The notes under the pieces are model-generated. The model was not told where the DNA came from and did not search any database. It saw nothing but the letters and a program-made list of their open reading frames with translations. Of a stretch of DNA of 32,000 bases, positions 8,258 through 16,774 are shown in pieces. Origin of the DNA: Candidatus Altimarinota bacterium (lineage in GTDB: Bacteria > Patescibacteriota > Gracilibacteria > UBA1369); contig JBAZYK010000009.1 in assembly GCA_041659405.1 (NCBI GenBank), positions 30,001-62,000 of the forward strand. Direction: 5' to 3'. The position numbers and the translations under genes were made by a program. How positions within the stretch are numbered: position 1 is the first letter of the stretch; each line of letters opens with the position of its first letter.

Positions 8258-9316
8258 ATGCCAAAATTGATCCTTATTGACGGAAATGCCATTTTTTATC
8301 GAGCTTTTCACGCTTTACCCCTTTTTAAAAGCAGTAAAGGCGAATTTACCAATGCCATTTATGGCTTTCTGAAGATGACTTTTCAGATTTTAAAGCAGGA
8401 AAATCCGGAATACATTGCCATTGCTTTTGATTGTGCCGAAAAAACCCATCGCCATATTGAATATGAGGAATATAAAGCTCAGAGAAAACCACCTCCGCCG
8501 GAACTTTATCCTCAACTCCCCCGCCTTAAACAGGGGCTTGAAATCATGAATATCGCCCTTTTTGAACTTCCCGGTTACGAAGCGGATGACATTATTGGCA
8601 CACTCGCCACCGAGGCCGAAAAAAAAGATTTTCAGACACTTATTGTCACCGGCGATAAAGACGCTTTTCAGCTTGTTACAGACAAAATTCAGGTGCGAGT
8701 TCCCATCAGCGGTTTAAGCACGGTTATTGATTATACTCCCGCAAAAATTAAAGAAAAAATGGGGCTCATTCCAGCTCAGATTGTTGATTACAAAGCCCTT
8801 AAAGGTGATCCATCGGATAACATTAAAGGCATCAATGGAATTGGTGATAAACAGGCCGTCGATTTGCTACAAAAATACGAACACCTTGAAAATATTTATG
8901 CGCATATTGACGAGTTAACGCCTTCACAGCGCCAAAAATTCGAGGATGGACGTAAAGATGCGCTCTTTAGTAAAAAACTCGCGACCATTGTTCGTGAAGT
9001 GCCAATTGATCTGGATTTTGAAAAATGCCGCTTCCAAAAAGTTCCTTACACCAAAATGAAGGCATATCTGGAAGAGATTGAATTTAGAGGATTCCTTAAT
9101 AAAATGATGGAATTCAAAGATTTTGTAGATATGGAGGGAGTGGAAGTTCCACAAGTTAGCGGCAATGAACCAAAAGCGCAGTCTGAGCATCAAAAGATAA
9201 AACAGCAAAAATCTGGTCAACAAGGGCTATCCGGGCAGTTTGAACACGCTCAAAAGTCAAATTCTGATCATGTTCCCGCGCACAACCCCGGCCCCGTCCA
9301 GCAAAGCCTATTCTAA
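8258..9316 (+). CDS. Stand-alone 5'-3' exonuclease (PolA N-terminal domain/FEN family)
   Basis: 'LILIDGNAIFYRAFHALP', 'YEADDIIGTLATEAEKKDFQTLIVTGDKDAFQLV', 'VDYKALKGDPSDNIKGINGIGDKQAVDLL'; the ORF ends without Klenow/polymerase domains. Confidence 0.93.
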   Translation: MPKLILIDGNAIFYRAFHALPLFKSSKGEFTNAIYGFLKMTFQILKQENPEYIAIAFDCAEKTHRHIEYEEYKAQRKPPPPELYPQLPRLKQGLEIMNIALFELPGYEADDIIGTLATEAEKKDFQTLIVTGDKDAFQLVTDKIQVRVPISGLSTVIDYTPAKIKEKMGLIPAQIVDYKALKGDPSDNIKGINGIGDKQAVDLLQKYEHLENIYAHIDELTPSQRQKFEDGRKDALFSKKLATIVREVPIDLDFEKCRFQKVPYTKMKAYLEEIEFRGFLNKMMEFKDFVDMEGVEVPQVSGNEPKAQSEHQKIKQQKSGQQGLSGQFEHAQKSNSDHVPAHNPGPVQQSLF

Positions 9317-9456
9317 GAATAAAAATTTAGGATAATTTTAGAAAATTTTAATATACATTTGATAAAGTACGTTCAAATACTGTTAATTAAACGTAAAAAC
9401 TTTTACAAATTTTGATTTAATGTGTACACTTAAGGTGATACTTAAATCAATAATTT

Positions 9457-9708
9457 ATGACTACTAAATGCATAGGCATGAAAGAATTTCGTCAAAAAAT
9501 AGCCACTTTTACCAAGGATGCCCAAACAAAGGATATTCGCTTTATTATTCTCAAAAAAAATAAGCCGGTTTTAGAAGTGAAAGCTATCAATGAAAAGGAA
9601 TTTACTTTTGAAAAACTTTCCGCAGATATCAAAAAGGCCAGAACGCAGGTCCGGAAAGGGCAAGTACACTCGCAAAAAGAAATTATGAAAGAATTTGGCC
9701 TACTCTAA
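9457..9708 (+). CDS. Putative Phd/YefM-like antitoxin
   Basis: 83-aa ORF 'MTTKCIGMKEFRQKIATFTKDAQTKDIRFIILKKNKPVLEVKAINEKEF', directly upstream of a RelE-like gene. Confidence 0.7.
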   Translation: MTTKCIGMKEFRQKIATFTKDAQTKDIRFIILKKNKPVLEVKAINEKEFTFEKLSADIKKARTQVRKGQVHSQKEIMKEFGLL

Positions 9709-9709
9709 A

Positions 9710-9979
9710 ATGCATCAAGTTTTTTATACAGATAAGGCTCGGGAAGATTTAAAAAGGTTGGAAATGCAAATTGCCAAAAGAATCATTAAAAAAATCTATT
9801 TTTTTAGTTTACAAAAAGATCCACTGTCTTTTGCCAAGCGCATCAATAACATTGAACTCGGCCAATATCGCTTTAGAATTGGCGATTATCGCGCACTCTT
9901 TGATATTGACCAAAAACAGCAGGTGCATATTCTTTCCATTCTAAGAATCAAACATCGCAAAGATATTTACGATCTGTAG
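9710..9979 (+). CDS. RelE/ParE-superfamily toxin (ATG start at 9710; ORF track shows a TTG start at 9695)
   Basis: 'MHQVFYTDKAREDLKRLEMQIAKRIIKKIYFFSLQKDPLSFAKRINNIELGQYRFRIGDYRALFDIDQKQQVHILSILRIKHRKDIY' is a characteristic RelE/ParE pattern. Confidence 0.88.
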   Translation: MHQVFYTDKAREDLKRLEMQIAKRIIKKIYFFSLQKDPLSFAKRINNIELGQYRFRIGDYRALFDIDQKQQVHILSILRIKHRKDIYDL

Positions 9980-10396
9980 ATATCTTTTTATATTCCGGAT
10001 TGATGGCTGGGTCGAGCCACGCCACTGGCATTTTAAGCCCAGGCCGGTTTGACTAAAGCGCAAAAATGTGTCAAAATATACAAGGTGCCAATGTAAAACA
10101 GGCCCCCCACTTTCTACTCCTCACAAAAAACAAAAATGAAAAAAATCAAAAAAAATATCTTTTACGTGACAATTATTTTTTGTGGCCTGTTTGTGATGCG
10201 ATATTTGGGGCTTCACCTCACTTTTTAGTTTTGTATACATATTTAGTTCACGGCCCTGCGCGAAGCCATTTCTTTGTGTGTTTTCTGTTGTAAAAAAAAT
10301 GTTTTTCATCTACAATCCTACTGCTACGCTACACGCGAAACAAAGTCGAGCGTGCTTAAAAATAAAACTTCATTAATAATTTATAATTTATAATTA

Positions 10397-11635
10397 ATGT
10401 CCAAAGCTCGAGTAATCGCAAGTCTTGATATTGGCAGTAATAAAATCAGAACCGTTGTTGGTACACTGGAAGAAAAATCACAAATCCCCAATATTATCGG
10501 CGTTGGTATCGCCAATTCTACAGGTCTTCGCAAGGGGGCTGTTATTGATGTGGAAGAAACTATAAATAGCATTTCGGGTTCTTTGGAGGATGCCGAAAGA
10601 ATGGCTGGAGAACCTATAAATCACGTCTTTCTTGGCATTGGTGGAAATCATATTGAATCAATCAATTCCAAAGGTGTTATCGCCGTTTCTCATGCCGGAA
10701 ATGAAATTACCGAAGATGATGTTGATCGTGTTTTGGAGGCTGCACAAGCCGTTTCTATCCCTGGCAATCGCAGAATTTTACGCATTATTCCAAAATCTTT
10801 TATTGTTGATGAACAGAAAGGTATTAAATATCCGGTTGGTATGACCGGAATTCGTCTTGAAGTTGATGCTCACATTATCACCGGCCTTATTCCGGCCGTT
10901 AAAAACATCGAAAAATGTGTATTGCAAGCCGGAGTTGATATTGATGATATTATTCCTTCCTGTTTGGCTAGTTCCGAAGCGGTCTTAAGCAAGCGCCAAA
11001 AGGAACTTGGTGTAGTCGTAGTTGATGTCGGTTGCGGAAGCACTTCAGTTAGCGTTTTTGAAGAAGGAACAACTCTTCACACAGCCGTAATTCCGGTTGG
11101 TGGCGAAAACGTAACCAACGATATTGCGATTGGTCTGCGCACTTCCATTGATACCGCCGAAAAAATTAAAATCGAATATGGTACATGTACTCCTGCCGAT
11201 GTCAGCGATCGTGAAGTTATTGACCTCTCTCTGCTCAGCAAAATCGACACTCAAAAAGTTTCCAAAAAACTCATGGCCGAAATTATCGAGGCCCGTTATC
11301 ATGAAATTTTTATTTTAGTTAAAGATGAACTTGCCAAAATCCACCGCGATGGCATGTTGCCTGCAGGTGTGGTCTTAACCGGCGCAAGCGTTAAAATGCC
11401 GGGAACAATTGATCTGGCTCGTGAAACCCTAAATCTCCCCGTACAGATTGGTTTTCCTCAGAATTTTGATGGAGTAGTGGACAAAATAGATGACCCAGCT
11501 TATGCTACGGCCATAGGTTTAATCTTATGGGGTAGTCGTCTGGAAAATCGCTCTTATGGATTTTCATTAAAAGGATTTAATATTAAAAAAGGATTTGACG
11601 GCATGAAAGGTTGGGTAAAAGGACTTTTCCCATAG
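10397..11635 (+). CDS. ftsA: Cell division protein FtsA
   Basis: 'SKARVIASLDIGSNKIRTVVGTLEE', 'VVVVDVGCGSTSVSVFEEGTTLHTAVIPVGGENVTNDIAIGLRTSIDTAEKIK', 'GVVLTGASVKMPGTIDLARETLNLPVQIGFP'; followed by ftsZ. Confidence 0.96.
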   Translation: MSKARVIASLDIGSNKIRTVVGTLEEKSQIPNIIGVGIANSTGLRKGAVIDVEETINSISGSLEDAERMAGEPINHVFLGIGGNHIESINSKGVIAVSHAGNEITEDDVDRVLEAAQAVSIPGNRRILRIIPKSFIVDEQKGIKYPVGMTGIRLEVDAHIITGLIPAVKNIEKCVLQAGVDIDDIIPSCLASSEAVLSKRQKELGVVVVDVGCGSTSVSVFEEGTTLHTAVIPVGGENVTNDIAIGLRTSIDTAEKIKIEYGTCTPADVSDREVIDLSLLSKIDTQKVSKKLMAEIIEARYHEIFILVKDELAKIHRDGMLPAGVVLTGASVKMPGTIDLARETLNLPVQIGFPQNFDGVVDKIDDPAYATAIGLILWGSRLENRSYGFSLKGFNIKKGFDGMKGWVKGLFP

Positions 11636-11665
11636 AAAAGAGCGACGTGTAACACAAATATTTAT

Positions 11666-11694
11666 TTGACAAATATAAGAAACTTCTTTAACAA
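11666..11694 (+). promoter_or_regulatory. Candidate promoter between ftsA and ftsZ
   Basis: TTGACA (11666-11671), 17-nt spacer, weak -10 TAACAA (11689-11694). Confidence 0.35.
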
Positions 11695-11783
11695 TAGGAT
11701 CTCCACTTCGGATCTGATTCAACCGTGATCCCAAGGCTAAATTTCAATCATAATTTTAAGTCCAAACTTCTAAATCCTTAATT

Positions 11784-12968
11784 ATGGCTAATCAATCACA
11801 CCACTCTGCAAAAGATAATCTTCGCAATCTTTTTTCTGGAAGCAGTAATCTTGGCAAGAAAAGCTTAGAGGTAACTCCGGAGATCACTCCTGTAGCTACA
11901 ATCAAAGTAATCGGAGTTGGTGGTGGTGGAAATAACGCTATTGCGCGCATGATGAAAGCCAATTTGCGTGGAATCGAATTTATCGCTGTAAATACAGATG
12001 CGCAGGCTTTATATCACTCCGAAGCTCCAACTAAAATCAACATTGGCAAGGCTACAACACGTGGTCTTGGTGCAGGAAGTAATCCGGATGTTGGTCGCCA
12101 GGCCGCAGAAGAAAGCGCGGAAGAAATTCGCCAATCTTTGGAAGGCGCGGACATGGTCTTCATTACTTGTGGTATGGGTGGAGGCACAGGTACGGGCGCC
12201 GCTCCGGTTATTGCCGAAATTGCTAAAGATCTTGGCATCTTAACAGTTGCCGTTGTTACCAAACCATTCTCATTTGAAGGTCACCGTCGTCGCACACAAG
12301 CGGACGAAGGTCTGGAAAACCTTAAGAGCAAAGTTGATACACTCATCACAATTCCAAACGACAAAATTCTCACAATTATCGACAAGAAAACTCCGATTAC
12401 CGAAGCTTTCACTGTTGTTGATGACGTTTTAAGACAGGGTGTTCAGGGTATTGCCGATTTGATCACCGTTCACGGTATGATCAATGTGGATTTTGCCGAT
12501 GTTAAAGCCGTTATGGAAAACGCCGGTTCAGCTTTGATGGGTATCGGCTACGGAACAGGTGAAAATCGCGCTATAGAAGCTGCAAAGGCTGCGATTGAAT
12601 CTCCACTCCTCGAACTCTCAATTGACGGCGCTAAGGGCGTTTTATTCAACATTACAGGTGGTAACGATTTGAGCATGTTCGAAGTTGATGAAGCTGCCCG
12701 CATTATTACCGAAGCCGCAGATCCTGAATCCAACATCATTTTTGGTGCCGTAATCAACGATTCATACACCGGCGAAGTCAAAATCACTGTAGTGGCTACA
12801 GGTTTTGACGACAGCCCACGTGAAAGAGCCAGCATTATTCGCCAACACGTTTCGTTGGGGAACCAATCAGGATCAATTTCCGCTACGCCAAATAGCATGC
12901 CACAATCAATCAAATCCGGCGAATCCGAATTGGACATCCCAGCTTTCATCAGAAAGAAGATGAACTAG
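11784..12968 (+). CDS. ftsZ: Cell division protein FtsZ
   Basis: '[17 protein letters not shown]', '[39 protein letters not shown]', C-terminal conserved peptide '[10 protein letters not shown]'. Confidence 0.98.
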   Translation: MANQSHHSAKDNLRNLFSGSSNLGKKSLEVTPEITPVATIKVIGVGGGGNNAIARMMKANLRGIEFIAVNTDAQALYHSEAPTKINIGKATTRGLGAGSNPDVGRQAAEESAEEIRQSLEGADMVFITCGMGGGTGTGAAPVIAEIAKDLGILTVAVVTKPFSFEGHRRRTQADEGLENLKSKVDTLITIPNDKILTIIDKKTPITEAFTVVDDVLRQGVQGIADLITVHGMINVDFADVKAVMENAGSALMGIGYGTGENRAIEAAKAAIESPLLELSIDGAKGVLFNITGGNDLSMFEVDEAARIITEAADPESNIIFGAVINDSYTGEVKITVVATGFDDSPRERASIIRQHVSLGNQSGSISATPNSMPQSIKSGESELDIPAFIRKKMN

Positions 12969-12972
12969 CCAG

Positions 12973-13013
12973 ACACGAGCGCAGCGAAGTGTCAAAACTA
13001 TCAAGAAGTTTTA
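12973..13013. terminator. Two adjacent hairpins between convergent ftsZ and the minus-strand array; candidate bidirectional terminator
   Basis: GACAC(12973-12977)...GTGTC(12990-12994), immediately followed by AAAACT(12995-13000)...AGTTTT(13008-13013). Confidence 0.45.
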
Positions 13014-13041
13014 AATATAGCCGGTTTGCCCTGAGCTTTCT

Positions 13042-14358
13042 TTAACTTGGCTCTTTTACTTTAGCAGGCTCTTCTGCAGTATTAGCGGCAATTGGTTCTT
13101 TAGACGTTTCCACCGGAGCCCCCTGTCCATTTAGATATCTTCCAAGAGCCCAAATTTTAACGTGTGCTTCAGTTTGCGGTTTTAATTCTTCAGCTTTAGC
13201 TCTTGCTCCAGCCTGCCAACCCTGTGCCTTTATAATCTCTGCAGTATGAACAGAATTTTTAATTGGTTGATTTTGCAATTCTATTAGCTTATTTGTTGCT
13301 GTTAAATAACCTTGCCCGTTTTCCAGTGATAATGCCAATACTTTTTGATCATCCGGACTGGAAGCCATAGCTTGAAAAGTTTTTTTCAACGTTGCATCAA
13401 TGTCAGTCTTTTGTTTTTCCGCAGCCGCTTTTATACTTAACAGTTTAGGATCTTTCAAGTCACCTGCACGATTAAATTGCTCAATCATCTCAACCAAAAC
13501 TCCATTTTGATCAAGCAGAGTAGAAACGTTTTGAGCCAGTTGTGCACTTCTTTCACCGACCAAATCGTTAAACGTTTTTTCGTTTTTTCCAGCAGCTGAA
13601 TCGCCAACCATCTTTTCACGTCCTTTTACTAATGCATTGATAGCTGCCGCATGATTAGGTTCATCTAAAAAGCCATTCACGTCCTTAAGCGCGTCATCAC
13701 CTTTTTTCACCTTACTATCCAGATTATTTGTAAAGGCTTCGGCCGCCTGATCAAATTGATCCACCTGATCATGAACTGACTGATAAAGTTCCTGATTATC
13801 TTTTTCAAATCCTGGGACCAGTAGACCATCCAACTCGGCAGCATTTAAAGTAAGTTCCGCCCCGACTTTTTTCATGATTTCCACTGCATGTATATCCAAT
13901 CCCTTCACCATTAATTCCTTGAAAGCTCCATCATTTTTAGCAAGTGTGGCCTTAAGTTCGGTCTTTTTATCCACAAATTTTTCCAGTCGGCGATAATTTT
14001 CCGTGTTTGCCACAATTTCAGCCAAAGCTTTATTACGCGCTTCCTCAATCTCTTTGCGAGCCTGTTTATCAGCATCTGTCCCCTCTTTCGGAAGCTTTCC
14101 TAAAGCAATTTCAGCAATAGAAGTAATTTCTGCATTCTGACCCTTGATAATTTCATCAGCATTAAATTCTTTTTCAGGAGCCAAAATATCTTTTTGAATC
14201 CGTTCCGTGGCCTCTACCATATCTTTTTTAACCTGTTCAGTATCGGGCTTTTGACCTGCAGTTTCAGCTGGACCGGCCACTTGAAAAACCAGGCGATTAT
14301 TCAAAAATGCTGGTAAATTAGTCGCCCCACAATGCCGAAATTTTTTAAAATGTAACAT
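13042..14358 (-). CDS. Uncharacterised helical protein J (array member, N-terminal 'NNRLVFQ' motif)
   Basis: Full-length 438-aa ORF 'MLHFKKFRHCGATNLPAFLNNRLVFQVAGPAETAGQ...', charged Ala/Glu/Lys-rich composition; no recognised family. Confidence 0.8.
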   Translation of the reverse strand: MLHFKKFRHCGATNLPAFLNNRLVFQVAGPAETAGQKPDTEQVKKDMVEATERIQKDILAPEKEFNADEIIKGQNAEITSIAEIALGKLPKEGTDADKQARKEIEEARNKALAEIVANTENYRRLEKFVDKKTELKATLAKNDGAFKELMVKGLDIHAVEIMKKVGAELTLNAAELDGLLVPGFEKDNQELYQSVHDQVDQFDQAAEAFTNNLDSKVKKGDDALKDVNGFLDEPNHAAAINALVKGREKMVGDSAAGKNEKTFNDLVGERSAQLAQNVSTLLDQNGVLVEMIEQFNRAGDLKDPKLLSIKAAAEKQKTDIDATLKKTFQAMASSPDDQKVLALSLENGQGYLTATNKLIELQNQPIKNSVHTAEIIKAQGWQAGARAKAEELKPQTEAHVKIWALGRYLNGQGAPVETSKEPIAANTAEEPAKVKEPS

Positions 14359-14361
14359 AAA

Positions 14362-14676
14362 CTAAAGATTATTAATTTGTGTAAGTAAGCGCTCTTCTTC
14401 CAAAGCGTCCTGTTTAGTGCTTGCATCCTCGTTTTTCACAAGGCGATCCTTTTTAATATTCTTAATATTCACGGTCAATTTCTGGGAAATTTCTTTATTC
14501 TTCGCCAAAAAACTTTTCTGCGCATGCACAATCATTTTTTGCTCATCTAGGAAAATGTCCGCATATTTAAGCATTAATTCGCCTGTCGCACCCATTACAC
14601 TTTTCTGTAACTCCGCCGGCATTTTTTTAAATGCGTGCGATTTTTGCATGAGTTGTAAGTATTCACCCTGGGTCAT
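14362..14676 (-). CDS. Small helical array protein I
   Basis: 104-aa ORF 'GEYLQLMQKSHAFKKMPAELQKSVMGATGELMLKYADIFLDEQKMI...LLTQINNL', 3 nt upstream of J; pattern aligns with F and H. Confidence 0.8.
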   Translation of the reverse strand: MTQGEYLQLMQKSHAFKKMPAELQKSVMGATGELMLKYADIFLDEQKMIVHAQKSFLAKNKEISQKLTVNIKNIKKDRLVKNEDASTKQDALEEERLLTQINNL

Positions 14677-14685
14677 AAATTTTAA

Positions 14686-15078
14686 TTAAAACAGTCCAAA
14701 AAATTTCTTTCGTTCCGGCTTATTTGTCGTAGGAACTTGGTTTAAACTGGCCAAAAGTTGCTCGGAAATCTGGATTGAATTCGCCGCATCTTTTTGTTCA
14801 TTTTCCTTAAGCTCAGTTTTATCGATCTCACGTAGAGTAATTTTTATTTCGCTCACTAGCTGAATTTGACGTTCGTCATGTTGCTTCCTTTTGGCTTCTG
14901 CTTCAGCAAAAACGATTTCGGATTTTTTAATTTCCTCCATCGCCGCATTAATTTGCTCATCGCTCGCCAAATTAAAGGCAGTTAAAAGCTCTTGCTGTTC
15001 AGCATTTCCCAGCAGCTTATAACAGGTGGAATTCTGCAACATTTGAACGTACGCCGCGTATAAAGAAGAAATTGGCAT
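14686..15078 (-). CDS. Small helical array protein H
   Basis: 130-aa ORF; 'MLQNSTCYKLLGNAEQQELLTAFNLASDEQINAAMEEIKK...EIKITLREIDKTELKENEQKDAANS...EQLLASL' is clearly similar to F. Confidence 0.85.
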   Translation of the reverse strand: MPISSLYAAYVQMLQNSTCYKLLGNAEQQELLTAFNLASDEQINAAMEEIKKSEIVFAEAEAKRKQHDERQIQLVSEIKITLREIDKTELKENEQKDAANSIQISEQLLASLNQVPTTNKPERKKFFGLF

Positions 15079-15080
15079 AA

Positions 15081-15704
15081 TTAAGTTGTTTTAGTAGGCA
15101 TAGCTGGAGCTGGCGTTTTAGCTGCTTCTTGAATAGCTCCTACCGTAGACGTTCCCGGAGCTTTTATGTTAGCTTCAAGTGTTTTATCTGTAATATTTAA
15201 AGGCTTGGTAACAGCAGCGATTTTTTCAGCCGGAGAATTAGGTTTAACTTCATCTTTACCAGGAACAAAAGTAGAATCTAAATCGTTTTTTACACCTGCC
15301 GCTTGAGCATCACTCATTTTATTACCACTTGGGGCCTTTTTAAAGAGAGCAAACTCAGACGCCTCTTTTCTAGCTATCGATAAAAGTCTATCTAACAATT
15401 GCTGTGCTATATCTTCGGAAGTTTCCAGTTTGTTTTTTGCATTCTCATTATCACGAGCAACTTGTAGCTTTTTAGAAAGCCGCTCTGCAGCCTCAGTCTT
15501 GCCATCATCTTTTAAATCTTCAACTTTTTGAGCCACTTTTTCATAAAGTTTCTCTCTAACATTTGAGTCATTCATATCTTGCTTCTCGAGCTCCTTCAGG
15601 GTGATGTCAGGCTTTTCAGAAACAATATTAACAGCCGTCACCGTTTCGGGATGCTGATACACAAACCTTTGTGTCCTGTAATTATGAAAAAGTAACGTTT
15701 TCAT
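15081..15704 (-). CDS. Array protein G with N-terminal 'TQRFVYQ' motif and low-complexity C-terminus
   Basis: 'MKTLLFHNYRTQRFVYQHPETV...EDIAQQLLDRLLSIARKE...APAMPTKTT'; stop is 2 nt upstream of H. Confidence 0.82.
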   Translation of the reverse strand: MKTLLFHNYRTQRFVYQHPETVTAVNIVSEKPDITLKELEKQDMNDSNVREKLYEKVAQKVEDLKDDGKTEAAERLSKKLQVARDNENAKNKLETSEDIAQQLLDRLLSIARKEASEFALFKKAPSGNKMSDAQAAGVKNDLDSTFVPGKDEVKPNSPAEKIAAVTKPLNITDKTLEANIKAPGTSTVGAIQEAAKTPAPAMPTKTT

Positions 15705-15734
15705 TTTTATTTTGGTTAAGATATTAAATATTTT

Positions 15735-16085
15735 TTAAAAATTTTGAGTCAATTTTTGTAGGAGCATTTCCGCTGCTGCTTCTGAATTTTTAGCATCTGC
15801 CTGTTCATTAGCCTGCAGTTCTTTTCTGTTTACCTGCTTGAGCGTTTTTTTGATTTCTTCGGCCATTTTAATTTGTTGGGATTCTTTTTTTTTAAGATCC
15901 ATCTTGAGTTTTTCACTTTCCAGTGAGTCTTTTTTTAGCTCTCCCAGGCCTTTAATCAACTGTTCATCACTCGCGTGTAAAAATTTAGCCATCAAGTCCG
16001 TCTGTTCATCGGGATTCAAAAGTTGATAACTTTTAGATAACTGCAATGCTCTTAAGAATTCTTCTAATAATAGTTTTGTGGCCAT
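15735..16085 (-). CDS. Small helical array protein F
   Basis: 'FLRALQLSKSYQLLNPDEQTDLMAKFLHASDEQLIKGLGELKK...EIKKTLKQVNRKELQANEQADAKNSEAAAEMLLQKL'; paralogue of H. Confidence 0.85.
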   Translation of the reverse strand: MATKLLLEEFLRALQLSKSYQLLNPDEQTDLMAKFLHASDEQLIKGLGELKKDSLESEKLKMDLKKKESQQIKMAEEIKKTLKQVNRKELQANEQADAKNSEAAAEMLLQKLTQNF

Positions 16086-16099
16086 ATTTACTTTGATTA

Positions 16100-16732
16100 T
16101 TATTTTTCATCCGGTTGTTTTTCCTCTGCAACAGCGTGTATTACTTCACGTCCAATAGGTTGTTTAGCACCTTCTATAGTAGCAAATGATGGATTTTCTT
16201 CAGCTTTTGGCTTTGGAGCCATGGCATTTTCACCACCATCCTTTAAGTCTTTTATGTTAAACACATCAGTTGCACTAGCTCCGGTTTCGCCAGGTTTGGT
16301 TGATCCTATTTCAGCTTCTACCTTTGGTTCCGGCTTGGCTTCAACAGTCGTTTGTACAGGTCTTTCTACAGCTTTTTCTTCCGTTTTTGCCGGTTGAACA
16401 TTCCCCTTTAGCATGATGGCATCAAGGCTCTTTCTTAATTGTTGAGCCGCTATAGCTGCTTCCGGTTCTTTGTTCTCAAAAGCTCTTGCCGCTGCGACTT
16501 GATCCAATAACTCTTTAGCATCCTTATCACCCACATTTTGGGCTTCTAATTTTTTTGCCTTATCTTCAGCATCTTTATAAAGATCACTGCGCTTATCGCG
16601 ATCAGCCAAAGTGGAATCCGCCCCTGGCTCCATCTGGTCCGGAGCTTTTCCAACAACTTCAACATACTGCATCACCAAGCGCTTTTCCATCTTTGAATAT
16701 CCAACCAATTGACGACAATTTAAATTTTTCAT
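16100..16732 (-). CDS. Array protein E with N-terminal 'EKRLVMQ' motif and low-complexity C-terminus
   Basis: 'MKNLNCRQLVGYSKMEKRLVMQYVEVVGKAPDQ...EAAIAAQQLRKSLDAIM...'; central helical segment resembles G. Confidence 0.82.
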   Translation of the reverse strand: MKNLNCRQLVGYSKMEKRLVMQYVEVVGKAPDQMEPGADSTLADRDKRSDLYKDAEDKAKKLEAQNVGDKDAKELLDQVAAARAFENKEPEAAIAAQQLRKSLDAIMLKGNVQPAKTEEKAVERPVQTTVEAKPEPKVEAEIGSTKPGETGASATDVFNIKDLKDGGENAMAPKPKAEENPSFATIEGAKQPIGREVIHAVAEEKQPDEK

Positions 16733-16774
16733 TTTGTTTTTATTTTAAAAATTTATATTAAGATTTTCTTTAGA

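Noticed and set aside
10066-10293. 75-aa plus-strand ORF in the ftsA upstream region
   Set aside because: Low-complexity Lys/Asn/Phe composition, no family resemblance and overlap with inverted repeats; more likely noncoding.
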